Assembly: GCA_951406725.2 (NCBI GenBank)
Contig: OX597815.1
Span: forward strand, 157,294,001 to 157,358,000
Origin: Octopus vulgaris
Taxonomy: Eukaryota
Length of the DNA stretch: 64,000 bases
Direction: 5' to 3'
Part shown: piece after piece, positions 39,534-52,419 of the stretch
Position numbering within the stretch: position 1 is the stretch's first letter
Layout of the letters: every line of letters begins with the position of its first letter
Notes under the pieces: generated by a model
Told to the model about the DNA's origin: nothing
Databases searched by the model: none
The model's input: only the letters and a program-made list of their open reading frames with translations
Translations under genes and position numbers: made by a program

Positions 39534-39984
39534 CTTTCCTAGCTTCCCGTTAACTAAAGTCTTGGGAGTGAAATTCAGGAAGCGCATGCTGTGCGTGCGC
39601 GCGCGCATGCTTAAATATATATATATTTATAAACGTGTATATTTTATATAATTCATATGTATGTGTATGCATTTGTGCGTGCACATGTGTGTGTGGGCGT
39701 GTGGCTATGAAAGCGTTTCCGCGTGCAACCTTTTCTTAAACACTAATAGCTCTTCTTAAAGAGCAAGGGCAACAGAAGACGCAGCCGTGTGGGCCACCGG
39801 AAAACTGCAGCTAATTCCTCCGACAGACTTCCTTCATGATGGAGAAATGTGCGGAAGTGATGGTACTTGAACGTTGCAGTCGCGTGTAATAGCTCCATCA
39901 CTGTAACAACAAGCGTCAACAACCACTTGGTCCTTTGTCTCTCTATAGTGTTAAGATGTTTATGTGCATCGTTTTGATTATACT

Positions 39985-40283
39985 GGCGAGCTGGTAGACA
40001 AGGCGGCGAGCTGGTAGAAAGGCGGCGAGCTGGTAGAAAGGCGGCGAGCTGGTAGAAAGGCGGCGAGCTGGTAGAAAGGCGGCGAGCTGGTAGAAACGTT
40101 AGCAGGCCGGGCGAAATGCGTAGCCGTATTTCGTCTGTCGTTACGTTGTGAGCTCAAATTTCTCCGAGGTCGACTTTGCCTTTCATCCTTTCGGGGTCGA
40201 TAAATAAAGTACCAGTTACGCACTGGGGTCGATCCGTGATTGTCCCCTCTATGTTTAGCTTCTTGTGGGCAATAAAGAAATAT
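39985..40283 (+). mobile_element. SINE family B with about six copies of a 19-nt head repeat
   Basis: (aaggcggcgagctggtaga)n, then the body; short TSD tatactg. Confidence 0.92.
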
Positions 40284-40682
40284 ATACTGTATGAAATAAG
40301 CAAAGAACAGCATTCGCGATTCGGAGTCAACAGGTACAATATGTGTTTGTAGGATTAGAAAGTGGGCGATCATCATGTTATACACCAGTCTCTTTGTCAG
40401 ATATTGTACCAGGAACTAGAATCCATCATTCCTGGAGTGGTTTTATTAGTCCGTCTCATCTAACATTTAACTGTCAACAATATCGTTCCCATATTCATTG
40501 CGTGTCAAGATCCTATGCATGTATGTATATACATATATATATATGTGTGTGTGTGTGTGTGCATATATCCATGTGTAAACAGTAACAGAGGGAAACGTGC
40601 ATATGTGCGTAAGTGTGTTATGTATTTGTGTTTACAGGAGTGCAAAGGTGTCAGTAAAAATATAGAGCTGTTTGATTATCGT

Positions 40683-41065
40683 GACACTCCGTCCGGTTAC
40701 GACGACGAGGGTTCCAGTTGATCCGATCAGCTAAGCAGCTTGCTCGAGAAATTAACGTGCAAGTGGCTGAGCACTCTACAGACACGTGTACCTTTAACGT
40801 AGTTCTCAGGGAGATTCAGAGTGACACAGAATGTGACAAGGCTGGCCCTTTGAAATACACGTACAACAGAAACAGGAAGAAAGAGTGAGAGAAAGTTGTG
40901 GTGAAAGAGTACAGCAGGGTTCGCCACCAACCCCTGCCGGAGCCTCATGAAGCTTTAGGTGTTTTCGCTCAATAAACACTCACAACGTCCGGTCTGGGAA
41001 TCGAAACAGCGAACCTACGACCACGAGTCCGCTGCTCTAACCACTGGAGCATTGCAACTCCGCTT
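40683..41065 (-). mobile_element. SINE with family E tail and a different tRNA-like head and body
   Basis: Tail shared with 19197 and 47221. Minus-strand head cagtggttagagcagcggactcgtggtcgtagg...tttcgattccc. Confidence 0.8.
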
Positions 41066-41738
41066 CAAATAAAATCAAGCAAGTCAGGGGAACGAACACT
41101 GGACGAAGAATAACGGAAATACTGCAGGTCATAGAATCTAATGAACTATCACTGATAAATATTTACCGCTGAATATTTACCAACAAAATGGCCTTCACGT
41201 AATATTAATTTCGAATCGCGTCAATAAATTAATGAATTGTAAACTCAGAGGAGGGTTTCGGTCAATGATTATTTAATCATTCATCTTATAAGCACATAAA
41301 AGTTCTCAAAAAATTTAATCAAATACTGTTCTACATTAAGTCAGATCTCACTCAATCAACATACATTCTATGTTGGCTTGTAAACTAACTCTGGGCTTTA
41401 TTTAAGATTAAAAAAAAAACAAAACAGAAATATGTTGTAAATCAATGCTTTACTTTTGCGGCAATCTAGGGCTCTATATTCAGTTATCTAGCTCCAAGCC
41501 ATCTTTGATTGAGCAGACACATGATTCAAGTGTGTGTGTGTGGAGAGAGTGTGTCTATACGTATGTGAGTGTGTCTGAAAGCGAGACAGACAGAGAGTGT
41601 GTGCTCGGAGTGTTACAGAGGGAAGAGAATAGTAAAAGAATGGACTAAAAAAAATAGTAGGAATGTGTATGTCTTTCATCTTTGCAATTAGGTTACAAAC
41701 TTCCTTTTTAAATGCTGCTATATAATATTTCGCGCTTT

Positions 41739-42155
41739 AAGGCGGCGAGCTGGCAGAAACGTTAGCACGCCGGGCGAAATGCTTAGCGGTATTTCGACTG
41801 CCGTTACGTTCTGAGTTTAAATTCCGCCGAAGTCGACTTTGCCTTTCATCCTTTCAGGGTCGATTAAATAAGTACCAGTTACGCACAGGGGTCGATATAA
41901 TCGATTTAATCCCTTTGTCTGTCCTTGTTTGTCCTCTCTGTGTTTAGCCCCTTGTAGGTAGTAAAGAAATAAGTATTTCGTCTGCCGTTACGTTCTGAGT
42001 TCAAATTCCGCCGAGGTCGACTTTGTCTTTCATCCTTCCGAGGTCGATTAAATAAGTACCAGTTATGCACTGGGGTCGATGTAATCGACTAAATCCGTTT
42101 GTCTGTCCTTGTTTGTCCCCTCTATGTTTAGCCCCTTGTGGGCAATAAAGAAATA
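41739..42155 (+). mobile_element. SINE family B tandem dimer within one ~21 bp TSD
   Basis: Full copy plus a 5'-truncated copy from about 41973, flanked by tatataatatttc(g/a)cgcttta. Confidence 0.92.
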
Positions 42156-42455
42156 TATATAATATTTCACGCTTTACTCCTCCGTGTCAATGACATTAGT
42201 ATAAATAATATTCTCGAGAAAATGGGCGTATTGCTAAGCCATGGGTTGATTTTCTTGCGTACCACATCAGATTTTGCTTCCGAAATACTTTTAATTTGGA
42301 CCATATTATCAAATGACCTCTCCTCGTTTTTATCGATTCTGTTTTCGATGTCATTTGAAGAACAATTTAAAAGTCCAATATTTCTTTACAAAAGTTTACT
42401 CTTGTTTGTGATAACGTCAAAAAGTAATCATTTTTCTCGTATTGTCTTTTTTCAG

Positions 42456-42611
42456 CAAAAACTCAGACGTTCTGTGGATTTGAGGATGAGTCTATATGTG
42501 GCTTTGAGCAAGATAATGGTACAGATTTCTTTGATTGGTCGCGGAGTAAAGGTGCAACTCCATCTACAGGAACAGGCCCTGAAAATGATCATACATGCGA
42601 ATCTCCAAACG
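42456..42611 (+). CDS. Exon of a MAM-domain protein (MAM N-terminal part)
   Basis: Acceptor ttttttcag and donor G|gtaaat; 156 nt, phase 1 to 1. Translates KTQTFCGFEDESICGFEQDNGTDFFDWSRSKGATPSTGTGPENDHTCESPN, matching the MAM pattern C-x-FE...C...FDW...TPS-x-x-TGP-x-x-DHT. Confidence 0.93.
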
Positions 42612-42737
42612 GTAAATAATTCATTTTATTGAACGTTCAACAAATAAAACATACTGGCATAAACGAACGTGTAATTTTTTATAAACGTTGTAACATGTAA
42701 ATATTTTTGTATACACACTACAAATGAACGTGTGTGC

Positions 42738-42779
<42 letters not shown>

Positions 42780-42889
42780 GTATTCAAATGCCGCTTTGAT
42801 TGTTTTTTTTACTTTTATCCTTCTTAGTTAAATAAATAAAAGAAGTAACTTTTATACTGAGGTCGATTCAACCTACTATTTAATGTTAC

Positions 42890-43430
42890 TTCGGTCCACT
42901 CTGCCTTAAATGAGTGACCCTGTGACCCTGGCGTTCCGTTCGGTGGGGAGAGGAGATGTTACGATCTAGGGATCTATGTTACTTATACGGCATGTACCTA
43001 CTTGTACTTGTGGCGACATTCACCCTGGGCGGGTTGAGTCGGCTTCTTCCACCACCCTCGAGGCATTGTATTCATCATTGAGAATTCACGGAAGAAGTTT
43101 CGTGGGAATATGTGGATTTGACAAGCGGTCCCTAACAATCCCGCATGTAGAGACATCCTGTTTGCCGCAGATTGTCCACAGACGCAGGGGCAGAACGACC
43201 GAGGAGCCGCCGATTGCCGAAACAGACACTCCGAGGATTTTCACCAGAGCCCCGTCTGCCGGGTTGAGGCCCTAATACCACGCGGTATCAGACCAATCCG
43301 CCTTGGGTGGCCCTACCAGGAACCGAAGTTCCCGACGGCATAGCTCTGACACTACCCGTTGCCAGCGTCCCCACCACGGTGAGGAGGGGATGGACTCTGG
43401 GGACGCATGGACTTTGGGGACGGCATGGGA
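42890..43430 (-). mobile_element. RTE/BovB-like 5' leader without ORF
   Basis: Minus strand cctcctcaccgtggtggggac...gagctatgccg...tagggccacccaaggcgga resembles the conserved RTE 5' terminus; GC-rich block. Confidence 0.6.
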
Positions 43431-44756
43431 GCCGGATAAATGGCTATATGAGTCCTAGGACTCAGGACAGTAATGTCCAATAGTCTATTGGATAGCCATA
43501 GGGTTTCGATCAACTATTTGACACAACTTGCAGAGAACCGATATAAATACGATTCAGTGTTTAATTCCTTTTCTCTATCATCCGAATTCAAAACCTACCT
43601 AAATAATTTTTCTTCTCATCCTTCTCAGGTGTCAATAGAGTTACGTATAAATGATATGCTGATGATGAATTCAGTTACTTCCAAGATGTTGATTTGTACT
43701 GAATTGAGGAGGTCAATATGTTTACTCACACTCTTAGTTGTGAGTGAGAAATCATAGAGTTAATTGATAAATATTTGGTGGATGTATGCATATCCTGGTT
43801 TTAATTTGATTGGAAATATTACATGTCACTCATTGGGTGATAATTTCGTGAGAAAGCTGATCAGCGTAACGTTCAATGTTTTCTTGTGTAAAATACACAA
43901 ATTTGGTGCTAAGAAATAAAAATGCTCTTTCAATTAACCGAGCTAGTATCAAGCGCGGTCGATCAAATGGAAAAGGATATACTCCTGCTGAGCCAAGTCT
44001 ACCTTTTGAATTCAATTTCCGGTTGCTTACCGCTTGCAGAGTAAAGATGAAGGAGATTAGTAGCTGGTCAACTAAGGACATGATCTGGTTTCGATTACCA
44101 ACAGGAACAGTTTCCTGTACATCAAAAATTGCCCTCGTGAAAGGCATTAACGTTGAGACATATCTCTTCTCTTATCCTCTGAAAGAAAAATTTTTTGTTT
44201 TGTTCTTTTTTAAGGCAGATGCCAAAACGGTAGCGCGCCGGGAAAATGCCTTATGATATTTAGCTATGAATAGGGTTACGTTGTAGGTTCAAATGTGCAT
44301 TAAGACAGCGAAATAACGGAGTCGTTGGAGCGACGGATTGAGTACCCTGTGGTGTTTGTTCTGACTGTCTACGCTCTGAATTCAAATCTTGCCAAGTATC
44401 AATTCAGAATGAAGGATTGGTTGGCAGAACATTAAGAACTGGATACCTTGTGGTATTTGTTCCTTTTCTTTGCGTTCTGAGTTAGCACCATCACCTGAGT
44501 ACATTACATATCGTCGGTGCCTTTAGCAGAGCCCATTCTGTGGTACACATTTAGGTCAAGCCTTTGGTTTGAAGACATCTTCCTCTCTCCCATCCATACA
44601 TGCACACACACACACATACACACACATACCTGTCTTAGAGTGCTTGTAAAGTCTCATTATAAGCACTACCTTCTTTCAGAAGGGTAATTAAATAATTTAC
44701 ACCTGGATCAGGTTTGTTAGTGATTATCATCCTTCCATGTTGAGCAAAATGTATGT

Positions 44757-44957
44757 AGGCGCAGGCATGGTTGTGTGGTTAAGAAGATTGCTTCGAAACC
44801 ACGTGGTTTCGGGTTCAATTCTACTTATTGGGTAAGTGTCTTCTACTAAAGGCCCACACCGATCAGTGTCTTGTGAGTGAGTCTGGTTGATAGGGTATGT
44901 TTGGAAGCTCGTTATCTATATGTATGTGTGTGAGAGTGTGGTGGAGTGAGAGAGATA

Positions 44958-45011
<54 letters not shown>

Positions 45012-45240
45012 ATGTGTGTGCGCGTGTATGTGTACTTGAGTTTTTTCCCCATCATCGCATGACAACCGATGTTGGTTTACGTCCCCATGGTTTAGTGGTT
45101 CGACAAAAGAGAAGAAAAAATCTGTACTAGACTAAAAGGAAAATTAGTACTGGGTCGATTTATTCGACTAAACTTTTCAAGCCGTTGCTCCAGCTTGGCC
45201 GCAATCAAATGACTGAAACAAGTAAAAAGATAAAAGATAA
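44757..45240 (+). mobile_element. SINE family A, diverged
   Basis: Head aggcgcaggcatggttgtgtggttaag and tail ccagcttggccgcaatcaaatgactgaaac. Confidence 0.82.
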
Positions 45241-46026
45241 GCATAAGTTAAGAATTGAGTTCAATTTATTCGACGGCTTCTCTTCTGCATACATTTGCAG
45301 GCTTGTGACAAATGCTGAAAATCGATATCGATAGATTACAAATATAACATGATTATAGAAACAATAAACATCTTAGCATATTTAATTTTCTCTATGTATT
45401 AAGTTCAACTCCATTTGTGTCAGCTTTACATTTCATCACTGCGGATCGATAAAATAAGAGCCAGTAATACAATCAGGTTGAGTCAATCGATAACATCCGT
45501 CCTTCTTTATTAAGAGAAAAAGAATTTTTGATTACGTCAAAAGAATTCAATACAATTTAACATTATTTCATACTCTAAGGATCTTATTTTCAACAAATTT
45601 GTTTCATTCTTTTCGTTGGCAAGAAAGAAATTAAAATCATGCAAAGACTCAACAGGCAATATTTTAGAAACAGTAAAAAAAAGCAGAAATATTGAAATTT
45701 ATTAAAACTATATCAAACAAATTTTGAAAAATAGAATAGCTATTCTGTTTCAAATAACAGAAAAATTGAATGAAAAGGTTAAAAATGGCGTCTTCGAAAA
45801 GTATATAAATATATAAAATAACATTCTTGTGGTTTTAATGAAGAAGTAAAAATTAACACTGTAATTTGCATCACTGAATAAACTGCAATGATGTGAAAGT
45901 TTTGGCCGGAAGGAAGACCAGGTTTTTTTGCCGAGTACTAGCGTTTGTTTATAAAGATTAAATAGACACAGAATACTCGTGAAAATAATAAGCATAATAA
46001 TTTCTAACATTAATATAGTGGTTTGT

Positions 46027-46027
46027 A

Positions 46028-46099
<72 letters not shown>

Positions 46100-46135
46100 C
46101 CAATGAGGTAAATCCGAGGCGTGGTTATTGCTAGT

Positions 46136-46206
<71 letters not shown>

Positions 46207-46222
46207 TATAATAATAATAATG

Positions 46223-46255
<33 letters not shown>
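46027..46255. repeat. Two (AAT)n tracts
   Basis: Read directly. Confidence 0.95.
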
Positions 46256-46409
46256 GCAACAATAACGGCAACGAAAAAATCAGCAGCATAACCATCAATA
46301 ATGAAGCAATCTAAAATTTAAATTAAGAGAAGCATCTGCCTTCTGCAATGCAAATTCCCATTAATTCCTTATTCGTTAGCCCAAAAACAATGATCCTTAA
46401 ATCATTTGA

Positions 46410-46522
<113 letters not shown>

Positions 46523-47220
46523 ATATATATGTGTGTGTGTCTGTATATGTATATATATATATGTATGTATGTATGTATATATATATATGTGTGTGTGTAT
46601 ATATATATATATAGAGAGAGAGGGGGGGGGAGAAGATAACTACATGCGTTCAAACACATCTCTTCGTCGGGGCATCATTGAGAACACTTCATCTTTTTGT
46701 AGTACACCTTGAGGCAAGTCAGCATGACAGAGCTATTCCTCTCCAAGCTAAAAGTATAGAAGGACATGAGATTTACCCGTTAACTGAAACACTTGTCAGT
46801 TATACAGCCCAGAACAACACCGCCTTCTTCCTCAAATAAGCACCTTTTATGATGGTGATTTGCTGTACTTTCCTATATGCTAATTTACAGTTTAGTAGAG
46901 CATTGGATCTTTTAACGGCACTGTAAATTTACTGCTCTTTCGTCAGTACCCTTATCTACCTTACACAATCAACTCAGTTGAATTTCATATGACACAAAGT
47001 TAATTGAATATGTAATATGCTATACAATTGAGTATTAGTTACGCTATACAGCACTGTATTACTAATTAGTATATGTTATAAAATAACATGTATTTAGGTT
47101 ATTTCCACGCATAAAACATTTAACCTTGCTGTTGAATAGTACAATAGTTATTGCCACAAACGAAGTGACGTTTTAAATCAGCTGATTCTCTTCAAGCTTT
47201 CTTGCGTTTTAGTCATGAAC

Positions 47221-47530
47221 GTGAAGGCACATGGTTTATTTGTTAGGGTATTCGGTTCCCGATCGTAAGGTTGTGAGCTTGTTTCCTGGTGGCGCGTTTC
47301 GTCCTTGAGCAAGACACTTTGTTTCACGTTGCTCCAGTCCACTCAGCTGACAAAAATGAGTTGTACCCGTAGTTCAAAGAGCCAGCCTTGTCACATTCTG
47401 TGTCACGCTGAATATTTCTGACAACTACGTTATGAGTACACGCGTTTGTGGAGAGCTCAGCCACTTGCACGTGAATATCACAACACACAGTTCTGTTGAT
47501 TGGATCAACTGGGATACACGCCATCATAAC
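47221..47530 (+). mobile_element. SINE family E
   Basis: Homologous to 19197-19537. Confidence 0.82.
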
Positions 47531-47626
47531 TGAAATATGCAGTTTACGGAAGGTGTATACAATTACTATAAAACAAACAATTTCATGTGTGAGTGGGAAT
47601 AATTTAATTTATACTGTAAAATTTAT

Positions 47627-48043
47627 AGGCGCAGGAGTGGCTGTGTGGTAAGTAGCTTGCTAACCAACCACATGGTTCCGGGTTCAGTCCCACTGCGTGG
47701 CATCTTGGGCAAGTGTCTTCTGCTATAGCCCCGGGCCGACCAATGCCTTGTGAGTGGATTTGGTAGACGGAAACTGAAAGAATCCTGTCGTATATATGTA
47801 TATATATATATGTGTGTGTTTGTGTGTCTGTGTTTGTCCCCCTAGCATTGCTTGACAACCAATGCTGGTGTGTTTACGTCCCCGTCACTTAGCGGTTCGG
47901 CAAAAGAGACCGATAGAATAAGTACTGGGCTTACAAAGAGTAAGTCCCGGGGTCGATTTGCTCGACTAAAGGCGGTGCTCCAGCATGGTCGCAGTCAAAT
48001 GACTGAAACAAGTAAAAGAGTAAAGAGTAAAGAGTAAGAGTAA
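47627..48043 (+). mobile_element. SINE family A, full length
   Basis: Near-identical to 35077-35503. Confidence 0.92.
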
Positions 48044-48794
48044 AACACAATATAATGGGCAAATTATATTTATAATATTAAATGTAAATCTGAATGCTTA
48101 ACATTACAGTTTGAAATTTAAAATTGGGTCGAGGTTTTTAAAACAATGTGCTCCACTTAGCCGTAAGTATACATCATGTTTGGATACAGCTCTGAAAAAA
48201 AGTAGAATGAAAGGGCAAGGCTACATAACTGAGGTTTCGCTAGCATACAGCAGAAGACTTGAAACGTAATAAGCCTTAGAATTATAGCTGAGTGATTTCA
48301 TTTCTTACACCAGAAATTTACGACTAGAGGCAGATAGGTTCGTTCTCGCTAATGCTAACATTTGTAACAGAATTTAATAACTGGTCATGAAGATCTTTGA
48401 CACTCTTTAAAGGATTAATATTTATATCCAATGCGGCAAGTACCGTGTATTAGCAGAAAGCGGTTGATGAGGTGCGGTGGGACATGCATGACTCCCTGTT
48501 GACGTTAGTAACCTTTAAGTACAGCTTTACTTCTCTGAGGAATATAATATCTCATAAATGTATTCCTTTCTACAGGAAAACGATATTTTCAATGATGACC
48601 AGTCGACCTATGAAAAGTTATACGAGACGTTTATGCTCTTTGTTTGATGTATCGTATCAGGCAGCTCTAAATCTTTCCAATGTATACCCACCAGGAGTAA
48701 AAATTAGTTGGATCACTATTCTAGCTCCTCATTCTTTCCATCCTATGAATTGGTTACTATGAATTGTTAATATCTATTTCTCTTTTTCATTTAG

Positions 48795-48946
48795 GGCATT
48801 TCATGTTCATCGAAGCCTCAGCTAAAGGACGTGGACACAGAGCCATTCTCAAATCACCAATTTACAGAGCCTTCAACGAACAATGCGTTCAATTCTTTTA
48901 TCATATGTATGGCAATCATATTGGTACTCTTAACGTTTTCACACAG
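48795..48946 (+). CDS. Exon of a MAM-domain protein (MAM middle part)
   Basis: Acceptor ttttcatttag and donor CAG|gtttgt; 152 nt, phase 1 to 0, in frame with the previous exon. Translates GHFMFIEASAKGRGHRAILKSPIYRAFNEQCVQFFYHMYGNHIGTLNVFTQ (MAM G-x-(Y/F)M(Y/F)IEAS and C-x-x-F-x-YHMYG motifs). Confidence 0.93.
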
Positions 48947-51900
48947 GTTTGTTATTACTAACTATTTCGTTAGACGGTGTTTATATTCTTTTTACATTTT
49001 GTTTTGCGAGTGAAAACACTATTGAATTACTGTACAATTAATTATTTTGATTAATGTTTAATATGATTAGCATGGCGGAGGCGGTAAAGCGTCCTTTTAA
49101 AACGCCTTACAGTATTTCGTGAAGTTTTTCGACATATGAGCTGAAATCCCGTCAGAATCGATTTTGTCTTTCATCGTTCCAGAGTCTGTAATAATAATAC
49201 AAGGGAAGCTCTAAAGCCGATTAAATCCCCCCAACGTATGACGATGTGCCAATGAAAAGCCGTAAAAGATTGAGAGAATAATAACTGTGAGGTGCTATCT
49301 GCAATATATGAACAGCTTTGCCAAATTCATAAGTGTTTCGTAATCCTGCAGTGATGAGTTCTAACCCCCACCCCCATCATCAACACTCTTCTGTTTCTGG
49401 ACGAGTCAGATAGTCCTGCACTTTCTGCAACTCACCTAGATATCTGAAATAAGGATCAGTCTCTTTTCTGGAAAGTTAACACCGACAGAGTATCGTATTA
49501 TCCAGTCTTTAGTTTATTGTTCATTCGTTTATCACTACAGAAACCGAAATCGACCCTTGGCAATGTAGATCTTTAATATTTTGAAAAGAACGGTTTATAA
49601 TTCATACGGTAAGCTCCGTATCGTACGACTAATTCCCAAATCACAAGGTGAAACAGATGAATATCCTTGTAGAGATTCTTTTTAATGAGATTCAAGCTTT
49701 AGCGGTGTGATCGAAGATCCATAGCTATAACGGAGGTTAGAAATATGGCAGCAGATTTTGTTCGTTGAGGTTTTCTCCCGATTTTACGTGTATGTGAGCT
49801 GATAATAGTGCATTATTCTTATCTTGCACAGTTGTGCTGCTTTTACACAACTATCTTAGACCAGTTCAAGAAAAACATTTGGTTGACTTACAAAAAGACG
49901 CGATGGTGCTTCTTCAGTGCCTCTTAGTTGGTCATGAGCATATACCTTGATCACTGTACCAACCACATTCTTTTATTAGTATAATTAGCTTTATACATGA
50001 GTTATGAAATGAACCTCAGTTCTACAAGCTAACGAAAGGCTGATCAGTTTTACAGAGCTGTTCTAGCGTTACTTCGAGTGTAATAAACTGTTTTATCTTG
50101 TGACACCTATATTTACCGAGAAACAGAGTAGATGTCTTGTCCATGGACACATCAGTTAGTCGTTTTGTACTCTACTGATTTCGTTATCTACACTTCTCAG
50201 TTACTTAATAATGGATCTTCGATTTGAACTGTATCTTCAGACTGAACTGGCAAAACCTGCGTGGATGTATTGCCAGTGGTCTATAGTATTTGCTCTAGCT
50301 TCATTTATTGTGGTAGAATTATTCATGATAGCTCACACACACTTCTTCATCAAAACGTGGTTATAATTCAAATAAAGAGGGAGATGAATAGTAGAAATCG
50401 TGATGTACAGAAGTCATTCATTTTGTCTTTCTACGTTGTGAATTCAAATCATAATACGCTCAAAAAATTACTTGATGTGCATTACATTCATTTGATCAAC
50501 TCTAAGCCTTCTCCTCCCTCCCCATCCCTGCATACATACGCGCGCGCGCGCGCAAAACTGCCTGTACACAGAGTAGGATCTTAACTGCAATCTGGAGATT
50601 GAAGGGTATTCTCTCCGCTAACACCTATTTGTCCTTTTCATAAAACAGAGCCTTTGGGGTCTAGTAAAACTATACAATATTTCAGAGAAAATTCAATCTT
50701 TAGTCAGTTATGAATAGATCAGCTCTCCTTTCATGTAATTCCATTACATCCCTCTCGTATTATAAGAAGAAAAATTTCAAAGAAACAGTAACTTGAACAA
50801 GAGTCTCAAACCTTACGAAACATCGAACTTTCTCTCTAAGGCTAAGTAAAATTCATGACACTTAAGAAAATGAGATCTTTTAAATTTATAAAGAATAAAA
50901 AGTTTTGAATGGTACAACAATGCACTATAATAGACAATGGTCTATTTACCTGTTGTAATTGAGTCATCCATAGTCTGATATGATATTACGGAATAATATT
51001 CCTTCTTCAGATATTCTTAGATGGAGAGTTGTTAAATATTGCACCGTGATTACTATGAAATAAATAAGCCGAGATGCTTAACAGAGCTTATGCAGTAAAC
51101 TATAGCCAAGGAGACTTGCTAATAGGGGCGAAACTTCCACAACAAATGTGATGCATTTTCCTTTGTTCGTTGATACTTTCCAACTAGGTTGTTGGTTTTT
51201 TGGAAGCAAATCATTATGAAAATAAATAATAACTATTTTCCTGAAGGCATAGATCTCTGCCTAGATCTACTTTTAAAAGAGAAACAATCTTATCCACTTC
51301 TTTTATCTGTCTTGAAATTATAGGAAAATGGAATAACTTTAGGATGATTCAAAGACAAAGATTTTGAAAAGCTGAGTTTATTTTTGTTACTATGTTTTGT
51401 TTACCAGACTTGAACTAGCAGACCATCTTTTCGTATATATGAGACTACATTTTTCCAATGTATCTTTCCTTTTTTGAAGATTTGAAGATCTGGGTCGGTG
51501 ATTCATAGATATTTAACTGCTATTTCTTGAAGATCAGGCGTCCATTTAAACGGTCCCTCGCTGACTCCAAAGTAGTTGCCAATTCTGAACCCCTGTCTTT
51601 ATAGCCTTTTTACATTTACAGAATTAGGAGATATTTCGTTGCAAGAAGAGAACATATTTTTAGTATTTCATTCTTCTCAATGAAATACGAATTTATAAAT
51701 GCATGCCACCATTCTATATATTTTGGCTTGAACCATTCGTTATATTTCCTATGTTAGTTAAAGGAATTGAAGCAGTTCCCATAACGTTTATCGAACAATC
51801 TAGATGCTCCGCTGACTCACGAGGGTCAAGAAGTTACATATATATGTTCCCAACTCCATAGATATGTAAAACAATTAGTGAAAACATGGAACATATTACT

Positions 51901-52419
51901 GAGCCATGCTCAGACACGAGCGACAGTTATGCTGCTTTTTCTTCTTTTTTTTCCTTTTTTATGTCCCAGCCACAATGCTTGTTAATGCTAGAATATCGAG
52001 AAGAAAATAATACAGACTACAAAAAATATTCAGAATAGCAAATTCGGCGAATTATTATTCCTGGCAAAGGACTCAAAAATACTATTTGGAAAATCCTAAT
52101 CTTAGTAATGATTTCCGATAAAAGCCAAAAATAATCGTTTTATCTTCAGATGAAAAAGAAATCTGTCACTTGTAAATATTACTAAGTTAACTTGGGAGGA
52201 TGTTATTTATGCAACAGGAATGTAACGTTTTGGTGCGACATGTAATGATAATGAGCAGCGAAAAAATTTCAAGGCATATATAACAAGGCTGATATAACAA
52301 AATATGTATTTCTACTTTACTTTCTGTATCTCTCTTTTGCTTTCTCTTTGTCGCTACGTTATACACGCTCACATTTATTTCCATGTGTGTCTATGTGTGT
52401 CTGATTTTCTTTTACTTAA

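Noticed and set aside
39451-40096. Short GC-rich tandem repeats resembling a CRISPR array or iterons
   Set aside because: No spacers; the units are the SINE B head, and the context is eukaryotic.
42138-42632. 164 aa ORF overlapping the first MAM exon
   Set aside because: Wrong frame; the real exon reads in another frame with canonical splice sites.
43470-44150. Possible very old minus-strand RT relic (similar weak signal at 49230-50300)
   Set aside because: Only faint motif echoes such as YAD and YLG; too degraded to call without a profile search.
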